A stretch of DNA of 64,000 nt from positions 2,176,001-2,240,000 of the forward strand of contig OY969696.1 of the NCBI GenBank assembly GCA_963702005.1. Direction: 5' to 3'. The position numbers and the translations under genes were made by a program. The notes under the pieces were generated by a model, which ran no database searches, was not told where the DNA came from, and worked only from the letters and a program-made list of their open reading frames with translations. The stretch is from Candidatus Aminicenantes bacterium (GTDB lineage: Bacteria > Acidobacteriota > Aminicenantia > Aminicenantales > JAFGBC01). Below, piece by piece: positions 49,075 through 58,720 of the stretch (position 1 is the first letter of the stretch; every line of letters starts with the position of its first letter).

Positions 49075-49989
49075 CTATCGTTTCTGGCCCTCGATGAGGT
49101 CGAGGACGTCGGCCGAATCGCGCCAGCGGGGCCGGACCTTGACCTGGAGGTCGAGATAGATCCGGGTCTTGAGGATGTCCTCGATCTCCCGGCGGGCCTC
49201 GCTCCCGATCGCTTTGAGAAGCTGGGCGTGGCGGCCGATGACGATTTTGCGTTGGGAGTCCTTTTCGACGAGGATGCTTGCTTGGAGGTAGATGACGGGC
49301 GGGCGGGGGGCTTGTCCTTCCGGCGTCTCGGCGCTGCGTTCCTCGATCTGCTCGAGGAGGACGGCCGTCACGAAAGGCAGCTCCTGTTCGACGCGCGCGA
49401 GGAGTTTCTCGCGGATGATTTCGGCCAAGAAGAACCGTTGAGACTGGTCTGTGATCTCGTCGGCTGCATAAAGCCGGTCCGCTTCGGGGAGAGCGTGGTA
49501 GAGGCAGTCCTCGAGCCGGTCGAGGTTGATCCCCTTGAGGGCCGAGATGGGGATGATCTCCTTGAAGGCCAGGAGGTCCTTGTAGCGGTCGATGAGGGGG
49601 AGGAGCTTGTCTTTCCGGATCAGGTCGACCTTGTTGAGGAGGAGGAATAGGGGCTTGGAGACGTCCTTGAGGATCTCCAGGGCGTAGGCGTCCCCGTGGC
49701 CGAAAGGCTGGGCGGCGTCGACGAGAAGGCAGACCAGGTCCGCCGTCTGGAGGGAGGTGAAGACAAAGTTCATCATCCGGCGGTTGAGGCCGTGCAGGGG
49801 TTTGTGGATGCCGGGGTTGTCGATGAAGACGATCTGTCCCCGGTCGCCGGTCTTGATGCCCAGGATGCTGATGCGGGTCGTCTGGGGTTTATCCGAGACG
49901 ATGGCGACCTTGCGGCCCAGGATCCGGTTGAGGAGGGTCGACTTTCCCGCGTTGGGCCGGCCGACCAGGGCGACGGTCCCCGAGTTCAT
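49075..49989 (-). CDS. era: GTPase Era
   Basis: GRPNAGKST, KPQTTR, NKVD, KH domain. Confidence 0.96.
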   Translation of the reverse strand: MNSGTVALVGRPNAGKSTLLNRILGRKVAIVSDKPQTTRISILGIKTGDRGQIVFIDNPGIHKPLHGLNRRMMNFVFTSLQTADLVCLLVDAAQPFGHGDAYALEILKDVSKPLFLLLNKVDLIRKDKLLPLIDRYKDLLAFKEIIPISALKGINLDRLEDCLYHALPEADRLYAADEITDQSQRFFLAEIIREKLLARVEQELPFVTAVLLEQIEERSAETPEGQAPRPPVIYLQASILVEKDSQRKIVIGRHAQLLKAIGSEARREIEDILKTRIYLDLQVKVRPRWRDSADVLDLIEGQKR

Positions 49990-51245
49990 GGGCGGGACCC
50001 GTCCTGCCCCCCGGCCGACTCCCGGACCCGGAGTTTCTTGACGCGTTTGGGATCGACATCGAGGACCTCGAAGCTGAGGCCCTTGATAACAACCGTCTCG
50101 CCCTTGCGGGGGAGCCGGCCCAGGTGGTGGGTGACGAGGCCGCCTGCGGTGAGGAAGTCGTCCTCGGCCAGATCGCGCTCGAAGCGGTCCTCGAGCTCCT
50201 CGACTTCGACCTCGCCGGAGAGGGTGAAGTCCCGAGGCCCGTTCTCGACGATCCGGGGCTCCTCGAGGTCATACTCGTCCTGGATCTCGCCGACGATCTC
50301 CTCGACGAGGTCCTCCATGGTCACCAGCCCCGACACCCCGCCGTGCTCGTCGACGACGATGGCCAGCTTGACCTTGGCCCGCTTAAATTCCTTGAGGAGG
50401 GCCGAGACCTCCATGGATTCGGGAACGAAAATAACGGGACGGAGCAGGCCCTCGATGGGCAGGTTTTTATGCGAGGGGTCGGCGTATTCGAGGAGATCCT
50501 TGGCGATGACGATGCCTTCGATGTTGTCGATGCGATCCTTGTAGACGGGAATCCGCGAATACTGCTCCTTGATGATGAGCTCGCGGAGCCGTCCGATCGT
50601 CGTGTCCTTCCGGATGCAGACCATCTTGACCCGGGGCGTCATGATCTCCCGGACGAGCGTGCCGCCGAACTCGACGACGCCGCGCAGGAGACCCTCTTCC
50701 TCTTTTTCGATGATGCCTTCTTCCTGGGCCTCGTCGAGGAAGGTCTCGATGGCATCCTCGGTCGCCGCCTCGCGCGGCTCGTCCGCCTCCACCTTTTCCT
50801 CCTCCCCCCGCTCCTGGAGGCGGCGGGAAAGGAAGGTCAAGGGCGAGCTCAGGGCGAGGAGGGGGCCGAGGACGGGAAGGATCGATCCCAGGAGGCGGCC
50901 CCGGCTCAGGGCGTTGATGAGGCGGGGAACGTATTCAAAAATAAGGAGATAGCCGGCCAGGGCGGTCAGCATCGGGCCCGCCGGCCAGAACCGGCCGCGC
51001 CGGAAGACGAAGAATAATAAAAGGCCCGAAGCCAGGATGGACAGGATACGCAGAATCTCGACCGCGATCCGGAGATCGTCGAAGCGGTCGATCATCCGCT
51101 GGCGGAATTCCTTTTTCCGGTCCTCGAGGATTCCGCTGAAAGCGATCTTGGAGATCGCGTTCAGGGAGACATGGAGGAGGGACAGGAGGAAGGCGGCCAA
51201 CCCGCATACGGCCAATCCCATTCCGGCCAGCCAGGCAGCCCTCAT
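49986..51245 (-). CDS. HlyC/CorC family CBS-domain transporter
   Basis: TM domain, VREIMTPR, SRIPVY, VDEHGG..TMEDLVEEIVGEI. Confidence 0.9.
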   Translation of the reverse strand: MRAAWLAGMGLAVCGLAAFLLSLLHVSLNAISKIAFSGILEDRKKEFRQRMIDRFDDLRIAVEILRILSILASGLLLFFVFRRGRFWPAGPMLTALAGYLLIFEYVPRLINALSRGRLLGSILPVLGPLLALSSPLTFLSRRLQERGEEEKVEADEPREAATEDAIETFLDEAQEEGIIEKEEEGLLRGVVEFGGTLVREIMTPRVKMVCIRKDTTIGRLRELIIKEQYSRIPVYKDRIDNIEGIVIAKDLLEYADPSHKNLPIEGLLRPVIFVPESMEVSALLKEFKRAKVKLAIVVDEHGGVSGLVTMEDLVEEIVGEIQDEYDLEEPRIVENGPRDFTLSGEVEVEELEDRFERDLAEDDFLTAGGLVTHHLGRLPRKGETVVIKGLSFEVLDVDPKRVKKLRVRESAGGQDGSRP

Positions 51246-51246
51246 C

Positions 51247-51660
51247 TCAGGCTCCCAGGAACCGCCGCCGGGCCTTGGCTTCCTCGGCCTCCATCCCCCG
51301 GAAGTGTTTGAATCCCAGCAGGTGAAGGAAGCCGTGGATGACGAGGATCCGCAGCTCCCGGTCCAAGCCGTGGCCTTTGGCGGCGGCTTGGACGGCGGCG
51401 CGGGGGACGGAGATGATGACATCGCCCAGGAAGTAGCGGCCGTCGGGTCCCCGCGTCCCGATCGGAAAGCTTAGGACATCGGTCGGCCTGTCCTTGCCCC
51501 GGAATTCGCGGTTGAGCTGCCGGATGCGCCGGTCGTCGACGAAGGCCAGGACGATATCGGGATCCTGAAGGCGGTAGCGGCGGACGAGCCCGGACACCAG
51601 GTCCCGGAAGGCTCGGACCCGGAGGCGGGCCTTGCGCTGAAGGTTAATGACTTCGATCAT
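51247..51660 (-). CDS. ybeY: rRNA maturation RNase YbeY
   Basis: PTDVLSFP, LGDVIIS, HGFLHLLGFKH. Confidence 0.93.
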   Translation of the reverse strand: MIEVINLQRKARLRVRAFRDLVSGLVRRYRLQDPDIVLAFVDDRRIRQLNREFRGKDRPTDVLSFPIGTRGPDGRYFLGDVIISVPRAAVQAAAKGHGLDRELRILVIHGFLHLLGFKHFRGMEAEEAKARRRFLGA

Positions 51661-54001
51661 GGGCGTCGGGGGCTTTGGAGGGTTTCTTGTCCTTCTTGAT
51701 TTCGAACTCGAACCCGGGGTAGTGGACCCGGGGATGATAGATCGCGTAAAGGATGGACAGGAACGAGGCGGCGATGGACCGCAGCTCGCGGATCGCGAAG
51801 TCGCACTCGTCGAGCTGGCCGTCTTCGAGGTAGCTGGAGAAGATATCGGTGATGACCTTCTTGAGGCTTTCCCGGGAGGGGGATTTCAGGCTTCGCGAGG
51901 CGGCTTCGACGGAATCGGCCAAGAGGATGATCCCGGCTTCTTTGCTGCGCGGCCTCGGCCCCGGGTAGCGGTAATCCTCCTCGCCAACCTTTTGCATCTC
52001 GGGATCGTAGGTTTCCTTGGCCTTCTCGTAGAAGTAGCGGACGAGCGAGGTCCCATGATGCTGTTCGATGATCTCGCGGAGAGCGGTCGGCAGCCTGAGC
52101 TTCCGGGCCAGGTCGACGCCCTCCTTGACGTGGTTGATAATGACCAGGGTCGAGATGTTGGGGGACAGCTCGCGGTGCATGTCCGGATCGCGGGTCGTGT
52201 TCTCGATGTAGTAGTCGGGCATTTTGATCTTGCCGATGTCGTGGTAGAGGGAACCGGCCTTGACGAGCATCGGGTCGAGCCGGATCTCCTCGGCCGCCTT
52301 CTCGGCCAGGGTCGACACGACCAGGGAATGATGGTAGGAGCCGGGCGCTTCCATGGCCATCTCGCGGAAGATGGGGAGGTCGGAATTGGTGAGATCGAGG
52401 AGCTTGGTCTGGGTCGTCAGACGGAAGACGGTCTCGTAGATGGGGAGGAGGACGAAGGCGAGGCCCGCGCTCAGGGCGCCGCCGAGGAGGCCCATGCCGA
52501 CCTTAGCCCCGAGGATCTCCAATCCGGTCGGCGTGTCCCGGATGAGATGGATGGTCAGGGCGACGAAGGCGTTGACCGGAGCCAGGATGAACAGCCCCGC
52601 CCGCAGGATGGCCGTCCGTGTTCGCCGGCGGTAATACTTAATCCCGTATAGGGCGGCCAGCCCGCCGATGAAGCTGTAGACCATGAGGTAGTACTGGCCG
52701 CCGAACAGGTATCCGAGGACGAGGCTGTTGAGGATGGTAAAGGTCAGCGCGATCGGACCCGTATAGATAAAAGCGAACAGCAGGCTGCCCATCGCATAGG
52801 GTAGGCCGAACGACAGCGGGGGAAGGCTGCCGGCGACGTCCGCGGTCTGGAGCGGAGGAGAAGCCGCGCCCAGGAACGAGCCCAGCTTGGCGGCCAGGAG
52901 CCCGATGACGAGGGTCAGGCCCATCATCCGGAACGTCTCCAGGGCTTGGCCGAACCGCAGCTGGGACTTGAGATAATACCAGAGGCTCACGAACAGGAGC
53001 GCGAACAGGAACAGCGACCCGAGGAAGCTGATCAGCCAGCTCGGCTTGGTCTTGAGGCTTCGGTTGATGAGGGCGATCTGCTTGACCGTGTCGGCCGTCG
53101 CTTCGTCGCCCTTGCGAATGATGATTTTGCCTTTCTTGATGGTGTAGAAGACGGTCTCGACGCGGTTACGGGCCTGTTGCTTGCGGGCCTCGGTCTCGAC
53201 CCGGTGGAACGTGATGTTGGGCGAGAGAAAGGAATGCGCCAACCCGAGGAGGAGCGTCCTGTCCGATGAGGGAAGCGAGAGCTTGGCCGCATCCGCCGCG
53301 AGCTTGTCCTGGGCTTCCCGGACGTCGAGGATATCGCTCGTCCTGAGGACTCTCTCCGGCTGGTTTTGGATGAGGGCCAGACCGAGTTCCATCTCCCCGT
53401 GGCTGAACAGGTTTTTATTGAGGATGATTCCCTGGTCGAAGACCGTCTGGAGCAGGCTGAGCAGGGATTCTTCCAGGACGGGGGCGAAGGCCTTTCGGAT
53501 CAAGGCTCCCCATTCGGCCGCGCCGGACTCGATCCCGAACCGTTCAAACGCCAGGGCGGCGAAATCGGAAGACCGGCGCTTCGCGGCCGGGACGGCGGCG
53601 ATCCAATCGCGGCCCGCGCCGAAGACCCCCCGGATTTTTTCCTCAAGGTTGAGGGCCGCGTTGACGTCCAGGACCCAGACGGGCAGGACGGTTTCCTCGG
53701 CTTCCTTACGCCGTTTCGCCGTCGTTTCCAGGTCATCGACGGTCAAGTCCGCGGGCGCGACGATGTCGCTCGGGGCGATGTCGCCGACCTTCGGCTCGGG
53801 CAGCGCCTTGGAGGGGAGATAGGAAATGAGCCAGCCCAGGATGAGGACGAAGGCCGCCAGGTAGAGGCCCGGCATACGGAGAAACCTCCGCTGCCAGGGC
53901 TCGGGCGCTCCGTTGACGGACGGGCCGGCGCCGTTTTTCTTCTTCGGCGGGAACTTGGATCCCAGAAACAGCTTGATGCCCTTGAATGAAATGGGATCCA
54001 T
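51644..54001 (-). CDS. 7TM-HD phosphohydrolase (PgpH-like)
   Basis: Extracellular domain, 7 TM, APGSYHHS, YHDIGK, HHGT, LADSVEAA. Confidence 0.9.
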   Translation of the reverse strand: MDPISFKGIKLFLGSKFPPKKKNGAGPSVNGAPEPWQRRFLRMPGLYLAAFVLILGWLISYLPSKALPEPKVGDIAPSDIVAPADLTVDDLETTAKRRKEAEETVLPVWVLDVNAALNLEEKIRGVFGAGRDWIAAVPAAKRRSSDFAALAFERFGIESGAAEWGALIRKAFAPVLEESLLSLLQTVFDQGIILNKNLFSHGEMELGLALIQNQPERVLRTSDILDVREAQDKLAADAAKLSLPSSDRTLLLGLAHSFLSPNITFHRVETEARKQQARNRVETVFYTIKKGKIIIRKGDEATADTVKQIALINRSLKTKPSWLISFLGSLFLFALLFVSLWYYLKSQLRFGQALETFRMMGLTLVIGLLAAKLGSFLGAASPPLQTADVAGSLPPLSFGLPYAMGSLLFAFIYTGPIALTFTILNSLVLGYLFGGQYYLMVYSFIGGLAALYGIKYYRRRTRTAILRAGLFILAPVNAFVALTIHLIRDTPTGLEILGAKVGMGLLGGALSAGLAFVLLPIYETVFRLTTQTKLLDLTNSDLPIFREMAMEAPGSYHHSLVVSTLAEKAAEEIRLDPMLVKAGSLYHDIGKIKMPDYYIENTTRDPDMHRELSPNISTLVIINHVKEGVDLARKLRLPTALREIIEQHHGTSLVRYFYEKAKETYDPEMQKVGEEDYRYPGPRPRSKEAGIILLADSVEAASRSLKSPSRESLKKVITDIFSSYLEDGQLDECDFAIRELRSIAASFLSILYAIYHPRVHYPGFEFEIKKDKKPSKAPDAHDRSH

Positions 54002-54006
54002 GGTCG

Positions 54007-54963
54007 TCAGGAGGACTTGGCGGGCCGGGCGCCGGCTTTGTCGTAGGCGAGGATGATTTTCTGGACGAGGGGATGGCGGACGACGTCCTTTTCGTTGAAA
54101 TAGACGAAGGCGATCTCGGGGATCGCCGACAGGATTTTGATCGCCTCGAGAACGCCCGATTGTTTGGGCTGGGGGAGGTCGATCTGGGTGATGTCCGCGG
54201 TGACGACAAGCTTGGAATCGAACCCGGGCCGGGTAAGGACCATCTTCATCTGCTCCCGGGTCGTGTTCTGGGCCTCGTCGACGATGATGAACGCGCCGTT
54301 GAGCGTCCGGCCCCGCATGAAGGCGAGCGGGGCGATCTCGATGACGCCCTTCTCGATCAGGCGGCTGGCCTGATCGTACTGGGAGAGGTCGAACAGGGCG
54401 TCGTAGAGGGGGCGAAGGTAGGGGTTGATTTTTTGGGCCAGGTCGCCGGGCAGAAAGCCGAGCCGCTCGCCGGCCTCGACGGCGGGCCGGGTCAGGATGA
54501 TCCGGTGGACGGCCTTGTTCTGGAGGAAGGACAGGGCCATGGCCATGGCCAGATAGGTCTTGCCCGTGCCGGCCGGCCCGATCCCGAACACCAGGTCGCA
54601 GGTCTTAATGGCCTGCATGAACTCCTGCTGGTTGAGGCTCTTGGGGGCGACCGACTTGCGGGACAGGTTCAGGGCTTCGGCCGGGAAATAGTCCTCGAGC
54701 GTCCGCGAGGAATCCTCCTCGAGCAGGTCGAGGGCGATCCGGAAATCTTCCTCCTTGAGATGGTGGCCTTTTTCGGCGAGCTCGGCCATGCGCTTGAAGA
54801 AATAGAGGGCGAACTCGATCCGCGGCTTGTCGCCGTCGATGATCAGGTCGTCTCCGCGCAGGGCGAGCCGGACGGCCAGGCGTTCTTCCAGCCTGCGCAG
54901 GTTCCGGTCCAGAATTCCGGACAGAGAGTTATTCCCGAGAAAGGGGGAGCTGATTTTTTCCAT
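54007..54963 (-). CDS. phoH: PhoH family ATPase
   Basis: GPAGTGKT, RPAVEAGE, MRGRT, DEAQN, VVRHPLV. Confidence 0.93.
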   Translation of the reverse strand: MEKISSPFLGNNSLSGILDRNLRRLEERLAVRLALRGDDLIIDGDKPRIEFALYFFKRMAELAEKGHHLKEEDFRIALDLLEEDSSRTLEDYFPAEALNLSRKSVAPKSLNQQEFMQAIKTCDLVFGIGPAGTGKTYLAMAMALSFLQNKAVHRIILTRPAVEAGERLGFLPGDLAQKINPYLRPLYDALFDLSQYDQASRLIEKGVIEIAPLAFMRGRTLNGAFIIVDEAQNTTREQMKMVLTRPGFDSKLVVTADITQIDLPQPKQSGVLEAIKILSAIPEIAFVYFNEKDVVRHPLVQKIILAYDKAGARPAKSS

Positions 54964-55071
54964 ATCAGGCAGGAGGCTGCGGGTCTTCGCTCATAGCGTA
55001 TCCAGGGACCACAGATTATACTCCCTTCAGGGCGGGCTTTGTCAAGGTCCCTGACTGTTGTCGGGCTTCGC

Positions 55072-56829
55072 CTAAAGCTGAAGGCTGATGACTTCGAGAT
55101 AATCCTTAATATCAACGGTTAGATTCGTGCCGGATAATGTGCGGGTTTTGCGATCGAGCTCATAGATTTTGGCGGACAGGGAGGAATCGGACTTGAGACT
55201 GATCCGACCGTCAATCGAGGGAGAGAACGCGAAGAGATAGAAACGGCGGGAATCGTCCCGGTCCACGTAGTACTCGATCATGGTGCCGGTGGGAGCCTTC
55301 AGCGTAAAGGGCATTTCGGATTTTAGCGATGGTAGAGGAATCACCCGAGGGAATTTCAGCGGCTTGGCCCGCGGTTGGTGCCACTGATCCCGTGTCCCAT
55401 TGTTCCCGACGAGAACGACCGGGTGACTTGATAGAAGCTTGAATTCGGCGTCCGTCATCGACTCGACACCAGGTAATACGATCGGCCCCACGTCTTGCAG
55501 CGCGGCGGTCGTCAGAGTTTCAAGCGGGGCGATCTTGAACGGAAGGTGGCCCTCTTCCAGCGTCTCGAAAGCCTCCGTGTACAGGTCAAATGTTCTTTCA
55601 TCCTTGAAGCTGAAGTCTTTGTTGCGAGCCGAATAGATAAGCGCAATCTCCTGGTAGGGGACGCGGCGGCTTAAAACCGGACGACGCAAGCCGTCGAGGA
55701 ACTTGAACGCGTTGGCCGGATAGGGCGAATCGGCGGTCGGGTAATAATTACCGGACTGACACACGGCCGCGGCGAATTCCTTGCGCGCAGCTGTCTTTGA
55801 TTCGGGCCATCCCAGATACAGGATCGGCTGCTTTTGCTGAATATCCCGAGCAAATTTGGCCATGCGAAAAGCGGTCCGGTAGTCTCCCCCGGGCTCAATC
55901 TCGGGCGAGGCGGCGATCCCGGACATGACCGAAAGCGCCGGTTCGTTACCCAACAGAGTCCCGTCACAGGTGTCGTTCGCGGAAGATTCGAAGAAGGGGA
56001 CGATACCGTAGGCTCGCGCCGTATCAGCCAGATCCTGCAAGTACTCCTGTACGGCTTGGTGGCGGAAATAAACGAACTTTCGCCACGCTGTCGATTCCCA
56101 GTTGACAGTCGTCGGAACACTCAAGCCGTACTGACTCTTGAAGGCGCTCGCAAAGCCGGCGTCGCTGGATGCCCATTTGTCACCGAGATTTTGCATGCCG
56201 GGAAGCGAAGCCTGGTCGATATATACCGCATCGAGTTCCTTGAGGCCGAGCCGTTTGATTCGATCCTTGAACAAATCGCGAAAGCCGGAGTAGGGAGATG
56301 CCCAGGCGTCCTCCATGTCTTTCTTGACCCAGTCGGCCTCGATATTGGTCCAGACCATCGGCTTTCCCGCGATGTCTCTCTGTATCCATTCAGGATGGTT
56401 GCGATAGAGCGTGGGCACAGCCGGATTTTTATAAGCTCCATGAGCCATGACCTCAAGACCGTTGAGATAGCAAATCACCTTGAGCTTCCGGAGATGAGCT
56501 TGTTCTATAAGATACCCAATCTTCTGGAGAATGCCGGAAAAACCCGACTCATCGACAAAAGTCCGGTACATCTGCTCCTCTTCGATGTAAAAAATCACCG
56601 TGTTAGCGCCGTGGTTCACGGCGACGGTAAGATTCCGGCTAATTTGCCCCAGAGATGTACCGGGATAAAGAATGTCAAAAGGCCACACGTTCATCGCATA
56701 AGTCCAAGCGGGGAACTTGTCAGCGGCAACCCGCCCAAGCTCTGAGGAGGCGGCTGGAGAGCGCTCGAGCCAGCCGATCAAGCAGGCCGAGCATGCTGCC
56801 AGGAAGCCGAAAAACCGCAGGTTTTTAAT
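55072..56829 (-). CDS. Exported glycoside-hydrolase-like protein (TIM barrel + class I GATase-like domain)
   Basis: Signal peptide, HPEWIQRD, ASPYSG, DAVYID, IALIYS; start appears to be ATT at 56829; lower GC. Confidence 0.6.
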   Translation of the reverse strand: MKNLRFFGFLAACSACLIGWLERSPAASSELGRVAADKFPAWTYAMNVWPFDILYPGTSLGQISRNLTVAVNHGANTVIFYIEEEQMYRTFVDESGFSGILQKIGYLIEQAHLRKLKVICYLNGLEVMAHGAYKNPAVPTLYRNHPEWIQRDIAGKPMVWTNIEADWVKKDMEDAWASPYSGFRDLFKDRIKRLGLKELDAVYIDQASLPGMQNLGDKWASSDAGFASAFKSQYGLSVPTTVNWESTAWRKFVYFRHQAVQEYLQDLADTARAYGIVPFFESSANDTCDGTLLGNEPALSVMSGIAASPEIEPGGDYRTAFRMAKFARDIQQKQPILYLGWPESKTAARKEFAAAVCQSGNYYPTADSPYPANAFKFLDGLRRPVLSRRVPYQEIALIYSARNKDFSFKDERTFDLYTEAFETLEEGHLPFKIAPLETLTTAALQDVGPIVLPGVESMTDAEFKLLSSHPVVLVGNNGTRDQWHQPRAKPLKFPRVIPLPSLKSEMPFTLKAPTGTMIEYYVDRDDSRRFYLFAFSPSIDGRISLKSDSSLSAKIYELDRKTRTLSGTNLTVDIKDYLEVISLQL

Positions 56830-56850
56830 GGGATTGTCCTCTCGCCAGGG

Positions 56851-56880
56851 ATGATAGAGCGCCGGTGGCCGGGCTGTCAA
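56851..56880 (-). promoter_or_regulatory. Sigma-70 promoter for the glycosidase-like gene
   Basis: Minus strand TTGACA-18 bp-TATCAT. Confidence 0.55.
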
Positions 56881-57096
56881 GTCGAGGTCCTTTATCCTAA
56901 TCCGGGGGACTCCCGCCAGCCTCTGGGCCGGGACGAACAAAGGCGTATTCAGATCCGTCGAGGGGGGGCGAAATGGCAGAGTGTCGGCAGAGGCCTGCCC
57001 GTCGATTCCATCATTTATGCGCTGGCCTATGAAAGCGCAAAGAGGCCCGTCTATGCCGGCGGGAATAACGGCGTTTTCTGGATATCCTGGCCGTAG
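56881..57096 (+). pseudogene. C-terminal remnant of a BNR/Asp-box beta-propeller protein
   Basis: LWAGTNKGVFRSVEGG / KWQSVGRGLP..VYAGGNNGVF across two frameshifts; no start. Confidence 0.6.
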
Positions 57097-57209
57097 AGTC
57101 CAAAGGGCGTTGGGCCCGTTCTCACCGTTTTTGCTCGGACCTTGGCAGGATTTTTCCTTTCCTGCTGCGTGTCCGGGTTTTCAAGCCCTAACAATGTCGC
57201 GAAAACCGC

Positions 57210-57238
57210 TTGAAAAAAAAGCCCGTCTGGTATATAAA
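57210..57238 (+). promoter_or_regulatory. Sigma-70 promoter of the sulfate-activation operon
   Basis: TTGAAA-17 bp-TATAAA. Confidence 0.55.
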
Positions 57239-57310
57239 AAGGTTTAATTTTAGGAGGGCTTTGCCCGCCCGGATAAGGCCGGGAACGCTCCTCGGCCCGA
57301 AAAAGGAGAA

Positions 57311-57529
57311 ATGATGGACAAGGAATTCATGACGGTCTCGATCCCGACCTCCCTCTTTAAAAAGATCGAGGAGGCCATCAAGGGGACCGAAGTCGGCTCG
57401 GTGGCGAATTACGTGACGAAGGTCCTCAGGGAAAGCCTGTCCAAGGGGGAGGCCGCGCCCGAGGTCTTCAGCAAAGAGGATGAGGAGAAAGTCAAGGAAC
57501 GGCTCAAAGCCCTCGGCTATATCGACTGA
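57311..57529 (+). CDS. CopG/ribbon-helix-helix small protein with C-terminal ERLKALGY motif
   Basis: TVSIP..L...I RHH pattern; tail EDEEKVKERLKALGYID; AAGGAG RBS. Confidence 0.8.
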   Translation: MMDKEFMTVSIPTSLFKKIEEAIKGTEVGSVANYVTKVLRESLSKGEAAPEVFSKEDEEKVKERLKALGYID

Positions 57530-57571
57530 GAATCCAGCTCGACGACGATCCGATCAAGGAGACACACTCAT

Positions 57572-58720
57572 ATGATACAACCTCACGGCGGCAAGCTGGT
57601 GGACCGGGTGCTCCGCGGTTCCCAGAAGGAGGAAGTCCTGGAGCGTGCCAAGACCCTTCCCAAGATCGTTCTCGACGCCGAATCCGTCTCGGACGTCGAG
57701 AATATCGCCAACGGCGTTTACAGCCCCCTCGAAGGCTTTCTGGGCAAAGCCGATTTCCGGAACGTCCTCAACCAGATGCGGCTGGCCAATGATCTCCCCT
57801 GGACCGTTCCCATCGTTCTCGACGTCAGCCGGGAGGAAGCGGCCAAGTTCAAGGTCGGCGGCGGGATTCTCCTCGTCAACGAAGGCGGCCGGCCCGTCGC
57901 CGTCCTGACCCTCGAGGAGGTCTATGACTACGACCGGGAGGAAATGGCCGAGAAGGTCTTCCAAACCCTCGACCGGGCCCACCCCGGCGTCGCCAAGGTC
58001 ATGGCCATGAAGGACATCCTGCTGGCCGGCAAGATCGACCTCATCCAGGAATCGCCGACTCCGTTCGATCGCTATAAGCTCAGCCCCAAGGAGACGCGGA
58101 TCCTCTTCAAGGAAAAGGGCTGGCGAACCGTGGTCGGATTCCAGACACGGAACACCCCCCACAACGGCCACGAGTACGTCCAGAAAGCGGCCCTGACCTT
58201 CACCGACGGCATCTTCATCAACCCCGTCATCGGTAAGAAGAAAAAGGGCGACTTCAAGGACGAGGTCATCCTAGCCTCCTACGAGGAGCTCATCCGGCAC
58301 TATTACCTCAAAGAGCGGGCCGTCATGGCCATTCTCCAGATGGAGATGCGCTACGCGGGGCCGCGCGAGGCCATCCACCATGCCGTCATCCGCAAGAATT
58401 TCGGCTGCACCCATATCATCATCGGCCGCGACCACGCCGGCGTCGGCAGCTACTACGGCCCCTACGCCGCCCAGGACATCTTCGAGGAGTTCCCCGACCT
58501 GGGAATCGCGCCCCTCTTCTTCCGGGCCTTCTACTTCTGCAAGAAGTGCCGGTCGGTCGTCAACGAAAAGATCTGTCCCCACCCGCCCGCCGACCAGATC
58601 CAGTACAGTGGGACTAAGATCCGGGACATGCTCGTCAAGGGCGAAATCCCGCCCCCCGAGCTGATGCGGCCCGAGGTGGCCAAGATCATCATGGCCTTCA
58701 AGGAACCCTTTAATGACTGA
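57572..58720 (+). CDS. sat: Sulfate adenylyltransferase
   Basis: PHGGKL, YSPLEGF, FQTRN.PH.GHE, YAGPREA, GRDHAG. Confidence 0.96.
   Translation: MIQPHGGKLVDRVLRGSQKEEVLERAKTLPKIVLDAESVSDVENIANGVYSPLEGFLGKADFRNVLNQMRLANDLPWTVPIVLDVSREEAAKFKVGGGILLVNEGGRPVAVLTLEEVYDYDREEMAEKVFQTLDRAHPGVAKVMAMKDILLAGKIDLIQESPTPFDRYKLSPKETRILFKEKGWRTVVGFQTRNTPHNGHEYVQKAALTFTDGIFINPVIGKKKKGDFKDEVILASYEELIRHYYLKERAVMAILQMEMRYAGPREAIHHAVIRKNFGCTHIIIGRDHAGVGSYYGPYAAQDIFEEFPDLGIAPLFFRAFYFCKKCRSVVNEKICPHPPADQIQYSGTKIRDMLVKGEIPPPELMRPEVAKIIMAFKEPFND

Noticed and set aside
49075-54963. phoH-HD-ybeY-hlyC-era cluster as novel
   Set aside because: Widely conserved housekeeping arrangement
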